A DNA stretch of 64,000 bases from an uncultured Verrucomicrobiota bacterium (GTDB taxonomy: Bacteria > Verrucomicrobiota > Verrucomicrobiia > Palsa-1439). The notes under the pieces are model-generated. The model was not told the DNA's origin and made no database searches. It saw only the letters and a program-made list of their open reading frames with translations. Shown here piece by piece: positions 36,657-46,692 of this stretch (its first letter is position 1; every line of letters starts with the position of its first letter). The translations under genes and the position numbers were made by a program. Location: positions 30,497 to 94,496 of the forward strand of contig CAZHLM010000002.1 of assembly GCA_964533295.1 (NCBI GenBank), read 5' to 3'.

Positions 36657-38452
36657 AACCGGATTCTCGGATCCCGTTTCCCGCGTGCCGAACCGATGCG
36701 CGCACAGATCCCCAGATGCCGGCCCGCCGACGGCGGCGTGAACGCGAGGCGCAATTCGTTCGTTCCGCGACGAAGCGGGAGTCGGATTTTGTATTTCTCG
36801 GGGTCAATCGGCACGCGGGCGGCCGGGTCTGTCAACACGAGCCGGCCATTGCACCACAACTTGAACGGGGCATTGGCGCCGAGCTGCAGCATGGCCTCGA
36901 GTCGCTCCGTGGCGGTCACCGTCGTGCGCAACACATACACGCCGACCCGTTTGTCATCGGCCGGTTTGGGCAGGACGCCGAAGGGCTCGCGCGGCGGCGC
37001 CGTTCGCCAGGTCGTCGCGCGCGACACCCGCGCCCAGCTCGCTTCGGCCAGGGTTTTGACGCCCCGCAACAGAGCGGTCTGCCAGTGGTCGCAGTCCGGC
37101 GCGCGTGTTTTGTCGTGCGGCACCGGCACCGCCTGCATCACCGGCAGACCCATTCCCGCGCAGTCGGTGATGTTGCAACACGGCATGCGGCCGTGACCGT
37201 AGCTGATGCTCATCCGTTCCAATTGCGCCAACACCATGCCGGTATGGAGCAGCACCTGATTTCCGTGGAGCGTGGTCTTGAAAAGACCGAGCGTGTCCTG
37301 TCCGTGCTGGCTTACGATGACAAAGCCGGTCGGCAATCCCGGGCTGATCAGGCCGCCCGTCACATGCCGGTACGTCAACCGCAGCGACCGGGCTTGTTGC
37401 GCGGGGGGCAGGTTCGGCGTCGGAACGATTTCGATTCGTTCCAGCGCAATCCCGGGGCGGGTCGTCAAGCGGGCGAGTCGTCGGCCAAGGATCTGTTGCG
37501 CGCGTCCGCTGAGGTGAATCCCGTCGTCCAATTCCAAATCCACGGCGGGCGCGACGGCCAGGTTTCGGATTCGGGCGGGCAACATTCGTTGCTGTTCCTG
37601 GATATGGTTCCACCACCGCGGGTCCTCGGTGGAGGCATGGCGGCCGATCTGCACCAGGTACCATGGCAGTTGCGGCAAGCCCAGGTCGCGCCGCACCGCC
37701 GCCACCAACGCGACCATCCGCTCGGTATATTTCGGCGCGGCTTCTGCGTTGGCGTCGCTTTCGCCCTGATACCACAACATGCCGGCCACGGGCTGACCGA
37801 GCTTCACATATCGGCGATACATCGCTCCGTACAACGACTCCCCGCCCTGGTCGCGCAACGCCGGCGACCATTGGGCCATGCTCGTGCCGCCGTGGGCGCA
37901 CGCCAGCAACCCTTGCGGCACGCCCGTGCGACGGCGCATCTCCAGGCCAAACGCCAAGCCCGGTGAGACGCCTTTGAGGAGCGCCTTGCGTCCCCGCTCC
38001 AATGCTTGCCGGTTGGGGGGATTGGGCCCGGCATGAACCGCGTCCACCGCTTCGGGCCGGTAATGCAACGGTTCCTCGGCCTGCCGCCATTCATCGGCCA
38101 TCGAGAAACACCGCACCAGCGGATGCGGCTTCGGCGCGTCGCAGAGGTTGCCGACGCCTTCCATGTTCGATTGTCCGGCCAGAATCCACACATCGCCCAC
38201 AAACACGTCGCGGACAATGAGTCGCTCGTCGCCGATGCGGAATTCCACCCGGTACGGTCCGCCGGTTTTCAAGCCGGTCAGCGTGGCGTGAAACGTCCCG
38301 TTGGCCGCGCGGCCGATCGGTTGCCAGCGTTTTCCGATCCGCGCCTCGACCGCGCCGGTCGCCGCGGTCTGGCCGGTAATTCGGGCACGACCGAAACCGT
38401 GTCGGTCGCGTTGCAAGACCTGTCCGTCCAGTAACCCGTGTGTAATCTTCAT
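36653..38452 (-). CDS. SASA/DUF303-family carbohydrate O-acetylesterase (acetyl-xylan/sialate esterase type), no signal peptide
   Basis: VWILAGQSNMEG and GMLWYQGESDA. ATGA-type overlap with both neighbours. Confidence 0.75.
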   Translation of the reverse strand: MKITHGLLDGQVLQRDRHGFGRARITGQTAATGAVEARIGKRWQPIGRAANGTFHATLTGLKTGGPYRVEFRIGDERLIVRDVFVGDVWILAGQSNMEGVGNLCDAPKPHPLVRCFSMADEWRQAEEPLHYRPEAVDAVHAGPNPPNRQALERGRKALLKGVSPGLAFGLEMRRRTGVPQGLLACAHGGTSMAQWSPALRDQGGESLYGAMYRRYVKLGQPVAGMLWYQGESDANAEAAPKYTERMVALVAAVRRDLGLPQLPWYLVQIGRHASTEDPRWWNHIQEQQRMLPARIRNLAVAPAVDLELDDGIHLSGRAQQILGRRLARLTTRPGIALERIEIVPTPNLPPAQQARSLRLTYRHVTGGLISPGLPTGFVIVSQHGQDTLGLFKTTLHGNQVLLHTGMVLAQLERMSISYGHGRMPCCNITDCAGMGLPVMQAVPVPHDKTRAPDCDHWQTALLRGVKTLAEASWARVSRATTWRTAPPREPFGVLPKPADDKRVGVYVLRTTVTATERLEAMLQLGANAPFKLWCNGRLVLTDPAARVPIDPEKYKIRLPLRRGTNELRLAFTPPSAGRHLGICARIGSARGKRDPRIRL

Positions 38453-40143
38453 GTGGGGATGAGTTCGATGGCCGTCAATTTCAGACCGTTGACCGCGTGG
38501 GGATCGAGCCGCGTCGCCACGATGCTCAACTCGTCGTCACCGGCTTCGTCCACGCGAACGTGGCCGACGAGGCTGCGGACGATTTGGAAGGCGGCGGAGT
38601 TCGTGGCCGGTGGGAGGTCTTTGATTCCCACGGTGCCGGTCAGGCTCTGGGCGCCCAGTTGAATCCGCACGTCGTGGTTGCCGAATTTGTGGGGCAGGTT
38701 TTTGTTGCAGCGGGTGCAGACGGTAACGGTATAGGTGCCGGGCGTTTTGAACCGCAGCTTCCAGGTCAGACGGTTGGCGGTATCGGTCCAACCCTCGACG
38801 CCGCGGGTTTGATGCACGGTCAGGGTGCCGCTGACGTGCGCCAGCGGCGCCGGCAATTCGATGGCGGCGCTGCCTTCCTGAATCACGAGTTGCTCGGCGA
38901 CCGGGGTGCCGTCCACCGTCAACGCCACGACGGAAATAATGGGTTCGGGTGGGTTGGCCGGCCACGCGAGGGTCAGGGTGTCGCCGTGTTGGTGGAAGGC
39001 AATTCTCGCGTCAGGTGCGCCGAGGACGCGGATGGAACGAACCCGGTTCTGCAACCCATAAAGGGTGAGATCGCCGGGCGGCCGTGGTTGGATCAGCAGA
39101 TAGAGCGTGGTGCCCTTCATGGTCACGCGACCCCACGACGGATCCTGGAAGAACGGACTGGCCTGGGTGCCGTAGATCGCCTCGCCGTTGCGCCGCAGCC
39201 AGGCGCCGACTTGTTTCAAGACGTCCACGCTCGGCTGCGGGATGACCCCCTCGGCCGTCGGGCCCACGTTGAGCAGATAGTTCACGCCCTTCGACGCGCC
39301 GTTGACGAGCAGGGTCAGCACCTGGTCGAGCGACTTCCAGTGGTGATCGTCTTTTTTGAACCCCCAGGTGTTGTTGAGCGTGGCCGGGGTCTCCCACGCG
39401 CCGGTGAGCCTCCCGACCGGATGCACGTTGTCGCCGAGACTGCCGTAATCGCCGGCGTTGTGCCCGACGCGACCGCTGACCAAACAGGCCGGTTGGAGCC
39501 GGTGAACGAAGTCGCGCAGTTCGATGCTTTGTTCCCTGGACATCGTGACCGGCACATCGAACCAAATCAGACCGATCGGCCCGTAGGTGGTCAGCAACTC
39601 CGTGAGGTTCGGCTTCACCACCGTGTCGAGGTACTTTTGGAAATCCTCTTTCGGTCGCGCATAGTTCGTCCAGTCGTCGCCGGTGCCGACTTCCTCCCAG
39701 TGACCGGCCCCGCCGGGCGCATGCCAGTCCAAATCCTGCGAGTAATAGAAACACATCTTGATCCCGCGTTTGTGGCAGGCGGCGGCCAGTTCTTTCATCG
39801 GATCGCGCTTGAACGGCGTCTGCTGGACGATGTTGTACGGGTTGCTCGGCGAATCGAACATACAGAAACCGTCGTGGTGTTTCGCGGTGATGACGAGATA
39901 TTTCATGCCGGCTTCCTTCGCCAACTCCGCCCACGCTTCGGCGTCGAACCTGACCGGGTTGAATTGCTTGGCGAGTTGCTCGTATTCCGAGATGGGGATT
40001 TTCAAATCGCGCATAATCCACTCGCCGAGGCCGGGAGTCTTCTGTCCTTTCCACTCCCCGGCAAGCACGGCATACAGTCCCCAGTGGATGAACATCCCAA
40101 ACCGCGCTTCCCGCCACCATTGCAATCGTTCTTCGCTCGTCAT
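38449..40143 (-). CDS. GH29 alpha-L-fucosidase
   Basis: ARFGMFIHWGLYAVLAG...KYLVITAKHHDGFCMFDSPSNPYNIV. Classic GH29 core, 564 aa. Confidence 0.9.
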   Translation of the reverse strand: MTSEERLQWWREARFGMFIHWGLYAVLAGEWKGQKTPGLGEWIMRDLKIPISEYEQLAKQFNPVRFDAEAWAELAKEAGMKYLVITAKHHDGFCMFDSPSNPYNIVQQTPFKRDPMKELAAACHKRGIKMCFYYSQDLDWHAPGGAGHWEEVGTGDDWTNYARPKEDFQKYLDTVVKPNLTELLTTYGPIGLIWFDVPVTMSREQSIELRDFVHRLQPACLVSGRVGHNAGDYGSLGDNVHPVGRLTGAWETPATLNNTWGFKKDDHHWKSLDQVLTLLVNGASKGVNYLLNVGPTAEGVIPQPSVDVLKQVGAWLRRNGEAIYGTQASPFFQDPSWGRVTMKGTTLYLLIQPRPPGDLTLYGLQNRVRSIRVLGAPDARIAFHQHGDTLTLAWPANPPEPIISVVALTVDGTPVAEQLVIQEGSAAIELPAPLAHVSGTLTVHQTRGVEGWTDTANRLTWKLRFKTPGTYTVTVCTRCNKNLPHKFGNHDVRIQLGAQSLTGTVGIKDLPPATNSAAFQIVRSLVGHVRVDEAGDDELSIVATRLDPHAVNGLKLTAIELIPT

Positions 40144-40424
40144 GTTCCTCGGGTCCGTTATCGGTTCACCGTGTCGGCCTCGTCGTCGCCGCGAACGCTA
40201 CGTGTTCCCCATTCCAGTGCCTAGCCAAGAATTGCGGCAAACGTAATCTGCCCATGCGACAAAGTGAGCCTTCGACATCGGTGAGGGTGTTGGCGGCATA
40301 GCTCCAACCCGCTACCATCCGCCAACGATGTGACGCGATGCGGATCGTGAGGCGGCCGGATGACACCGAGTCAGCGAATCAGCCCGCCGTTCTGCATCGG
40401 CGACAGTCTCAGGGAGAGGTCAGG

Positions 40425-41408
40425 ATGAAAGAAGCAAGAATGGGCGGCGGACAGGAGCCGGGCGTCGTGGAAGTCGCCGACCCGGTGGTTGCCGACAACT
40501 ATGCGCTGGTGAAAGTGTTCTCCGCGCCGTTGTGCACGGAGTTCAAGCATCGGGACCGCGCCCGTCGCGGCGGTTTTGGCCATGAAGCGGCCGGTGAAGT
40601 GGTGGCGATCGGGCCGAAGGTGCGGTCGGTCGCGGTGGGTGACCGCGTGGTGGTGATGCCGCAAGACGCGTGCGGGCTGTGTGAGCTGTGCCGGTCGGGC
40701 GAGCATATTTATTGTCCGGCGCCGCGCGACGCCCTGAAGATTTGTGGCTCCGCGACCGGGCGGTTTACCGCGGCGCAATACGTCATCCAGCAGGATTGGT
40801 TGCTCGTGCCGATTCCCGGCGACATCAGCTACGACCATGCGGCGATGGCGTGTTGCGGATTCGGGCCGGGCTTCAACGCGATGGAGTCCATGGAGGTCGC
40901 GGCCGGTGAGACGGTGTTGATTTCCGGGCTGGGGCCGGTCGGGTTGGGCGCGGCGGCGGTGGCGCTGTTCCGGGGCGCGCGGGTGGTCGGCGTGGATCCG
41001 AGCGCCTACCGGCGCGAACTGGCCAAACGGATGGGGGTGGAAGCGGTGTTTGATCCGCAGGAGAATCCTGGCGGGAGAAAGTTTCCTTATGGCGTGCATG
41101 TCACCCGCTCCGATGAGGCCGCGAAGGCGTTGATCCGAATGATCCAGCCGCGCGGCAAGGTGGCGTTCATTGGACAGGGCGGCGCCATCGAGATCGCCGC
41201 GGTGGTGGGGAAGGGGCTGCGGTTGTTCGGCTGCTGGCATTGGAATCATCAGAAACACACGGAACAAATGATGGCGACCATCCGTGGGTCTGCGGAGCGA
41301 ATTGATGCGCTGATTACGCACACGTTCCCGCTGGATCGAATCCGGGAAGCGTTTGCGGTGCAGGTGTCCGGTAACTGCGGGAAAGTGGTAATTCATCCAT
41401 GGAATTGA
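40425..41408 (+). CDS. Zn-dependent alcohol/polyol dehydrogenase (MDR superfamily)
   Basis: GFGHEAAGEVVAIGPKV (catalytic-Zn motif), CGLCELCRSGEHIYC (structural-Zn Cys cluster), GLGPVGLGA (Rossmann). RBS-like GGAGAGG upstream of the ATG. Confidence 0.8.
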   Translation: MKEARMGGGQEPGVVEVADPVVADNYALVKVFSAPLCTEFKHRDRARRGGFGHEAAGEVVAIGPKVRSVAVGDRVVVMPQDACGLCELCRSGEHIYCPAPRDALKICGSATGRFTAAQYVIQQDWLLVPIPGDISYDHAAMACCGFGPGFNAMESMEVAAGETVLISGLGPVGLGAAAVALFRGARVVGVDPSAYRRELAKRMGVEAVFDPQENPGGRKFPYGVHVTRSDEAAKALIRMIQPRGKVAFIGQGGAIEIAAVVGKGLRLFGCWHWNHQKHTEQMMATIRGSAERIDALITHTFPLDRIREAFAVQVSGNCGKVVIHPWN

Positions 41409-41435
41409 CTGCGATGGAAAATCTCCGTCCGTCCA

Positions 41436-41536
41436 TTGTAGGGCGGGCAGGCCTGTCGTGCAGGCTGCCCGCCACAAGCGTGGTGGCGCGTCCCCAACGG
41501 CGCGAACCCCAAACGACGGGGATTCGCGCCCTACAA
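41436..41536 (+). repeat. Copy 4 of TIR-bounded double-hairpin intergenic element (most canonical copy)
   Basis: TTGTAGGGCGggcaggcctGTCGTgcaggctgcccgcc...ggcgcgaaccccaaACGACggggattcgCGCCCTACAA. The 10-bp termini are exact reverse complements. Confidence 0.65.
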
Positions 41537-41553
41537 TTTTTTCTCCCGCTATC

Positions 41554-42432
41554 ATGAACGATAACGACCTGTGGGTAACCGTCGGACCGGCGAACGGAAA
41601 ACACATCGTCTTGATCAGCGGCGACGAGGAATACCGGTCGGAGGAGGCGTTGCCGATGTTGGCGCAGGTCCTGAGCGCGCATCACGGGTTTCGGTGCACG
41701 GTGCTGTTTGCGATTGATCCGGCAACGGGACTCGTGGATCCGAATTGCCAGACCAACATTCCCGGCATGCATCTGCTCGACACGGCGGACATGGTGGTGT
41801 TGTTCGTGCGGTTTCGGGAGTTACCGGACGCGGACATGGCGCATTTCGTGAACTATCTTTCCGCCGGTAAACCGCTGCTCGGGTTGCGGACTGCGACGCA
41901 CGCGTTCCGGTATTCACGCAACCCGGCCAGTCCGTACGCCCATCTGCGCGATTTTGGCCGGCAGGTGCTCGGAGAGAATTGGGTCGCGCATCATGGGAAA
42001 CACGGCGTCGAGAGCACGCGCGGCATTCCGCGCGCCGGGCATCCGATTTGTCAGGGCATCGGCACCATTTGGGGGCCGACGGATGTGTACGCGGTGCATC
42101 CGCCCGGCGATGTCGAGGTGTTGGTGGACGGGCACGTGTTGACGGGCATGAACCCCAACGACCCGGTCAAACCCGACACGCCGACCATGCCGGTGGCGTG
42201 GATTCGGGAACGGAACGGGGCGCGGATTTTCTGTTCCACGATGGGCGCGGCGACCGACCTGCTGGATCCATCGTTGCGGCGCTTGCTGGTCAACGGCGTC
42301 TATTGGTGTCTGGGGATGGAGGGCCAGATTTCCTTCCAACGGAATGTGGAGCCGATCGGGCGCTATCAGCCGACTCCGTTCGGATTCCGAAAGACGCCGA
42401 CCGGCAAGCGACCGCGGGAGTTTTTCCGATGA
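41554..42432 (+). CDS. ThuA-like (class-I glutamine-amidotransferase-like fold) protein
   Basis: KHIVLISGDEEYRSEEALPMLAQVL...MVVLFVRFRELPDADMAHFVNYLSAGKPLLGLRTATHAF, the ThuA family pattern. Confidence 0.55.
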   Translation: MNDNDLWVTVGPANGKHIVLISGDEEYRSEEALPMLAQVLSAHHGFRCTVLFAIDPATGLVDPNCQTNIPGMHLLDTADMVVLFVRFRELPDADMAHFVNYLSAGKPLLGLRTATHAFRYSRNPASPYAHLRDFGRQVLGENWVAHHGKHGVESTRGIPRAGHPICQGIGTIWGPTDVYAVHPPGDVEVLVDGHVLTGMNPNDPVKPDTPTMPVAWIRERNGARIFCSTMGAATDLLDPSLRRLLVNGVYWCLGMEGQISFQRNVEPIGRYQPTPFGFRKTPTGKRPREFFR

Positions 42433-44474
42433 AAATGTCTTTGCGACAATGGTTGGTCGTGATCGTCGCGGCGGCGGTGGTTCAGGCGCAAGTGACGAAT
42501 TCGCCGCCGCGACCGGATTGGAAGAAACCGAAACAGTTCACGGTGCTGGCGGCGCATCCGCGGCTGTTTGTGTCGTCAGAACAAATCGAACGGATGGTCG
42601 CGGGCCGGGGCGACACGTTTGCGCGGGCTTGCGAGCAAGTAGCGACGGTGGCCGACGCGGCGCTGGGCGATGTGGAGCAACCGATGCAGGAGATCAGTCC
42701 GTTCGAGCGCGGATTTCTGATTCAAGGACGGCTCACCTCGCTGGCGATTCAGTGGCATCGGACGCGCGACCGGCGGTACTTGGAAGCCGCGCTGAAGACG
42801 GTTCAGGCGATGCGGAGCTGGCTCGAACCGCTGAGGGAGTTCAGTCTGCAACACGGCCAGTACATCGCCGGGATCGCCGTCGCGTATGACCTGCTCTACA
42901 ACGATCTCACGGTCGAGGAACGCGCCGCGGTTGTGGCGTTGGCGCGCGAGCACTGCATCCGGCCGTTCCTGCGACTGACCGGGAAGGGACGCAACTTGCC
43001 GACGGACGGCGAGCGGGGGAGTTGGTGGCAGGAGATTGTCTCGAACTGGAATGCGGTCTGCAACAGCGGGCCCGGCCTGTTGGCGTTGACGATGTATGAA
43101 GACCTCGACGAAGCCCAGACCGTGTTGGACCGGGTGGACGCCTCGTTCAAGCCCATCTTCGACTATTTGCAACAAACCGAGGGCGGCTGGGTGGAAGGGT
43201 TGGGGTATTGGAACTGGACGATCCATTACCTATCGCTTTTCTACATGAGCTACGAGCGCGCAACGGGCTTGAAACATGAAGGCTTCCGATCGCCCGGCTT
43301 TCGTCAATCGCTGACGTTTGGCACGTACTTTGTGCCCTACGACGAGGCTTGCGGGTTCGGTGACAACCAGCATGGCAACATCAGTTCCTCCCTGCTCGCC
43401 GCGGCGGAACATCTCGGCGACAAGGCAGCCCTCAAAACGCTCCAAGATTATCAAGACCGCTACCGGGCCGCTCGCAAATCAAAAGCGGATCGGCGCACTC
43501 CGCAGCCCGGCGCGGTGTCGGTAAAGGCACCAAAGTCCGACGCCACGGCCGGCAACATTGGCTACGGCGTGCCGCAGGATCTGTTGATTCTCCCCGACCC
43601 GCTGACCGACGTTCCTTCCGCGCCCGCGGTGACGAACATGGTGCGGTATTTCCCGAAACAAGGTTGGGCGATGATCGCCGACCGCTGGCCGCAACCGACC
43701 ATCTACGCGGCGATTCGCGGCGGCGAATTGGGCGGACCGCACACGCACGATGACCTGCTCTCGTGGCACGGCGTGGTCGGCACCGAGCGGATGATCAGCA
43801 CGCTGACCAAGGCCGGTTACTACGCCTCGGCGTGGGCGGGCCGCGCGCGTGAGATCAACGAGCGGAACAGCGCCTCCAAAAACACGCTGTTTATTGCCGG
43901 CCTCAGCGCCTACAGCGGGTACAACGAACGCCGCGGCGGTTACGCGCAGGCCAGCGCCACGTCGTTTCTGCTGCCGACCGGCGCGGCGTTGCGACTGGAC
44001 GCCACCCGCGCTTTCTACCTGACCCGCGCCAGTCCGCGACTGGTCACCCGGCTGTTCGCGGTGCTCGGCGACAAAGGCCTCCTCGTGTTGGACCGCATGG
44101 TCGCACCGGCCCGGCACCCGGTCGAGGTGCGCACCTACACCGAGAAACCGGCCCGGTTTGGCGAGCGCGATGTGTTGCTCGAAGGCGAGTGCGAAGTGGC
44201 GCGCATGACGTTTGCCGCCGACCGCCCGGCCCGGTTGCGTCATGCGGTGGCGTTGCTCACCGACGCGCGCGCCGAGCCGCCGACGATGATGCGCTGGCAA
44301 ACACTCGACCCCGAAGCATCCGTCACGCTGGCCTCGTTGCTGACTCGCGGTCGCGAGCCGGTGGATCTGAAGGTGAAATCAGACGCGACGACCGTGGTCG
44401 TCACCGTGACCGGCAAGGGCTGGCGGCAGCGGGTCGAGTTGACCGACAAACTCCTGCCGGTGGCCACGCCATGA
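42429..44474 (+). CDS. Secreted heparinase II/III-like polysaccharide lyase ((alpha/alpha)6 toroid + beta-sandwich)
   Basis: Signal MKMSLRQWLVVIVAAAVVQA. N-terminal DUF4962-like region, then GGPHTHDDLLSWHGVV, typical of the Hepar_II_III catalytic His/Tyr region. ATGA overlap with upstream gene. Confidence 0.55.
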   Translation: MKMSLRQWLVVIVAAAVVQAQVTNSPPRPDWKKPKQFTVLAAHPRLFVSSEQIERMVAGRGDTFARACEQVATVADAALGDVEQPMQEISPFERGFLIQGRLTSLAIQWHRTRDRRYLEAALKTVQAMRSWLEPLREFSLQHGQYIAGIAVAYDLLYNDLTVEERAAVVALAREHCIRPFLRLTGKGRNLPTDGERGSWWQEIVSNWNAVCNSGPGLLALTMYEDLDEAQTVLDRVDASFKPIFDYLQQTEGGWVEGLGYWNWTIHYLSLFYMSYERATGLKHEGFRSPGFRQSLTFGTYFVPYDEACGFGDNQHGNISSSLLAAAEHLGDKAALKTLQDYQDRYRAARKSKADRRTPQPGAVSVKAPKSDATAGNIGYGVPQDLLILPDPLTDVPSAPAVTNMVRYFPKQGWAMIADRWPQPTIYAAIRGGELGGPHTHDDLLSWHGVVGTERMISTLTKAGYYASAWAGRAREINERNSASKNTLFIAGLSAYSGYNERRGGYAQASATSFLLPTGAALRLDATRAFYLTRASPRLVTRLFAVLGDKGLLVLDRMVAPARHPVEVRTYTEKPARFGERDVLLEGECEVARMTFAADRPARLRHAVALLTDARAEPPTMMRWQTLDPEASVTLASLLTRGREPVDLKVKSDATTVVVTVTGKGWRQRVELTDKLLPVATP

Positions 44475-46555
44475 CGAGTTCGCTTACCACCGTTGACTGG
44501 CCGGCGTTTCTCGCGGCGCACGACATGATCTGGGAGACGGTGCCGGACAGTTGGAAGGAAGCGCCCCATTTTGGCAACGCGCTGCTCGGTTCGATGCTGT
44601 ATCGGCGCGACGGGAAACTCTGTCTGGAGATGTTTCGCGCCGACGTTCACGACCGCCGCGACGAAACGCACGGCTGGACTGCGTACAGCCGGCCGCGGTT
44701 TCGGATCGGATATTTCACGCTGGAAAATGCCGGCAAGCTGACCGGCTGTCGGTGGCGGAAGGATTTGTGGAACGCCGAGTTGACCGGCACGATCACCACC
44801 GAGCGCGGCGAGATTGGTCTCCGGCATTTTGTTCACGCCGAGGACCTGGTCGGCGTGACCGAGTGGACGGGCGCGACGGGGTTGCGGTGGCAGTGGCATC
44901 CGTTTGCGGCCCGCACGACGCGCGAGGGCTATCCCACGGACGCGGCCAGCTTGGATGCGTTTGCGAAGCGCTACGGGGAACATTACCGGCCGACGCTTCA
45001 GCCGCTGATCCCGAATCCGCCGGGGCGGTTGGAAAACGGGATGTGGATTCAGGATTTGCTGGCCGGTGGGCGGTATGTGACCGCATGGAAAGAGGAGGCC
45101 AACCGGCTGGTCGTCGGGACATCGGCCAATCTGCAATACGATCCGGAACGTCACCGGGCCTGGTGGCACGCGTATTACCGGCGCAGTTACGTCCGCATCC
45201 CGGACAAGAAATTGGAGGCGTTGTACTGGCAGACGGTGTACCGGCTGGGCTGCACGGCGCGGGCGGGGCGGAGTTTCGTGGATACGTCCGGCATTTGGTT
45301 TCAAGGCGGGTCGTGGCCGTATGCGACGCATGATTGGAACACGCAGGCGGCGCACTGGGGCGTGTATGCGGCCAACCGGCTGGAGCAGGGCGCGGAGATC
45401 GTGAATCGCTTGCAGGCGCATCGCGAGAGCCTCGTTCGCGCCGTCGAGCCGGCAGAATGGCAGACGGACTCGGCGTATCTGGCGTTGGCGACGGCGGGCG
45501 ACCTGGCCGGGACGCGCCGCAGTGACATGCGGTACTATCATCTGGTCGGGTGTCTGCCGTGGTTGCTGCACAACGCGTGGTGGCAATACCGGTATTCGAT
45601 GGATGAGGCGCTGTTGCGGGAGACCGTCTTTCCGTTGCTGCGGCGCGCGGTGAATCTGTATTTGCATCTGCTGGAGGAGGGCGACGATGGCCGGTATCAT
45701 CTCGCGCCGACCTACTCGCCCGAGACCGGCGTGTGGCGGGACGGCAACTTCGATCTCGCGCTGTTGAAGTGGGGCTGTCACATGTTGCTCCAGGCTTGCC
45801 GGCGGTTGCGGATGGATGATCCGCTGATCCCGCGCTGGCGGGAGGTGATCGCGAAGTTGGTGGACTTCCCGGCGGACGAGAAGGGCTACCGGCTCGGCCG
45901 GGATGAGCCGGCGCGGGAGCATCACCGGCATTTGTCGCATCTGCTGATGATGTATCCGTTGTATCTGGTGAACATCGAGCAGCCCGGTAATCGGGAGATT
46001 TTGCGCAAGTCCTGTACCGCGGGCTGGCAACCGGACAAGCCGTTGCAGGCGATGGTGCAGGCCCATGCCGGGCCGATCCAGGCTTCCGTCGGCAATGGCG
46101 ACGCGGTGTTGGCGGGACTGCGTCGGCTCCAGGAGGAATTGCACCCGAACGGTCTGTGGGGCGAGCCGCCGTGCATCGAGTCCACGTTGGCGGTGTTGAA
46201 CAACGTCCAGATGATGCTGCTCCAAAGCTGGAGCGACCCGGCCCGCGATGAACCGGTGTTGATACGAATTTTCCCCGCGCTACCGGCAGCGTGGGAGGAT
46301 GTGGAGTTTCAGGACTTGCGCGCCGAGGGCGCGTTCCTGGTTTCCGCCCGGCGTCGCGGCGGCGCGACGGAATGGGTGCGAGTCAAGAGTCTGGCCGGTG
46401 AGCCGTGTCGGGTGAAACTGGATTTGCGGAGTCCGCAGGTCGAAGCGCACCCGCGGAGCGCGGTTGCCGAGGTGCAGCCGGGAATGTTCGAATTAAATCT
46501 GCCGCGAGATGGGGAAGTCGTGTTTCGCCAACCGGGAGCGAGTGTGCCGGGATGA
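44471..46555 (+). CDS. GH95-like six-hairpin glycosidase (distant fucosidase/galactosidase homolog), cytoplasmic
   Basis: EHHRHLSHLLMMYPL parallels the DQHRHLSHLSAVHPG motif of the bona fide GH95 at 8148. 694 aa, no signal peptide. Confidence 0.5.
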   Translation: MTSSLTTVDWPAFLAAHDMIWETVPDSWKEAPHFGNALLGSMLYRRDGKLCLEMFRADVHDRRDETHGWTAYSRPRFRIGYFTLENAGKLTGCRWRKDLWNAELTGTITTERGEIGLRHFVHAEDLVGVTEWTGATGLRWQWHPFAARTTREGYPTDAASLDAFAKRYGEHYRPTLQPLIPNPPGRLENGMWIQDLLAGGRYVTAWKEEANRLVVGTSANLQYDPERHRAWWHAYYRRSYVRIPDKKLEALYWQTVYRLGCTARAGRSFVDTSGIWFQGGSWPYATHDWNTQAAHWGVYAANRLEQGAEIVNRLQAHRESLVRAVEPAEWQTDSAYLALATAGDLAGTRRSDMRYYHLVGCLPWLLHNAWWQYRYSMDEALLRETVFPLLRRAVNLYLHLLEEGDDGRYHLAPTYSPETGVWRDGNFDLALLKWGCHMLLQACRRLRMDDPLIPRWREVIAKLVDFPADEKGYRLGRDEPAREHHRHLSHLLMMYPLYLVNIEQPGNREILRKSCTAGWQPDKPLQAMVQAHAGPIQASVGNGDAVLAGLRRLQEELHPNGLWGEPPCIESTLAVLNNVQMMLLQSWSDPARDEPVLIRIFPALPAAWEDVEFQDLRAEGAFLVSARRRGGATEWVRVKSLAGEPCRVKLDLRSPQVEAHPRSAVAEVQPGMFELNLPRDGEVVFRQPGASVPG

Positions 46556-46592
46556 TGAAGCGAGCAAGTTTGGGACAGGCTGTTGTAGGGCG

Positions 46593-46682
46593 CGATGGCT
46601 GTCGTTTAGGAATCGCGCCGCGGACAGGGTTGATCATTCCTCGCGGCGCGCACCCCAAACGACGGGGATGCGCGCCCTGCAA
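46593..46682 (+). repeat. Copy 5 of TIR-bounded double-hairpin intergenic element
   Basis: TTGTAGGGCGcgatggctGTCGTttaggaatcgcgcc...ggcgcgcaccccaaACGACggggatgcgCGCCCTGCAA. Both halves here are near-identical inverted units. Confidence 0.6.
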
Positions 46683-46692
46683 ATTCTTTGTG

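Noticed and set aside
36716-38090. + strand ORF 36716..37966 (416 aa) and - strand ORF 36954..38090 (378 aa, alternate frame)
   Set aside because: Overlap the SASA esterase gene (36653..38452, -) which has GQSNM/WYQGESD motifs; these alternatives lack any motif.
13293-46682. Possibility that the five hairpin repeats form a CRISPR array
   Set aside because: Copies are 5-12 kb apart, separated by genes, and are ~100 bp with internal dyad symmetry; not a regularly spaced repeat-spacer array and no cas genes present.
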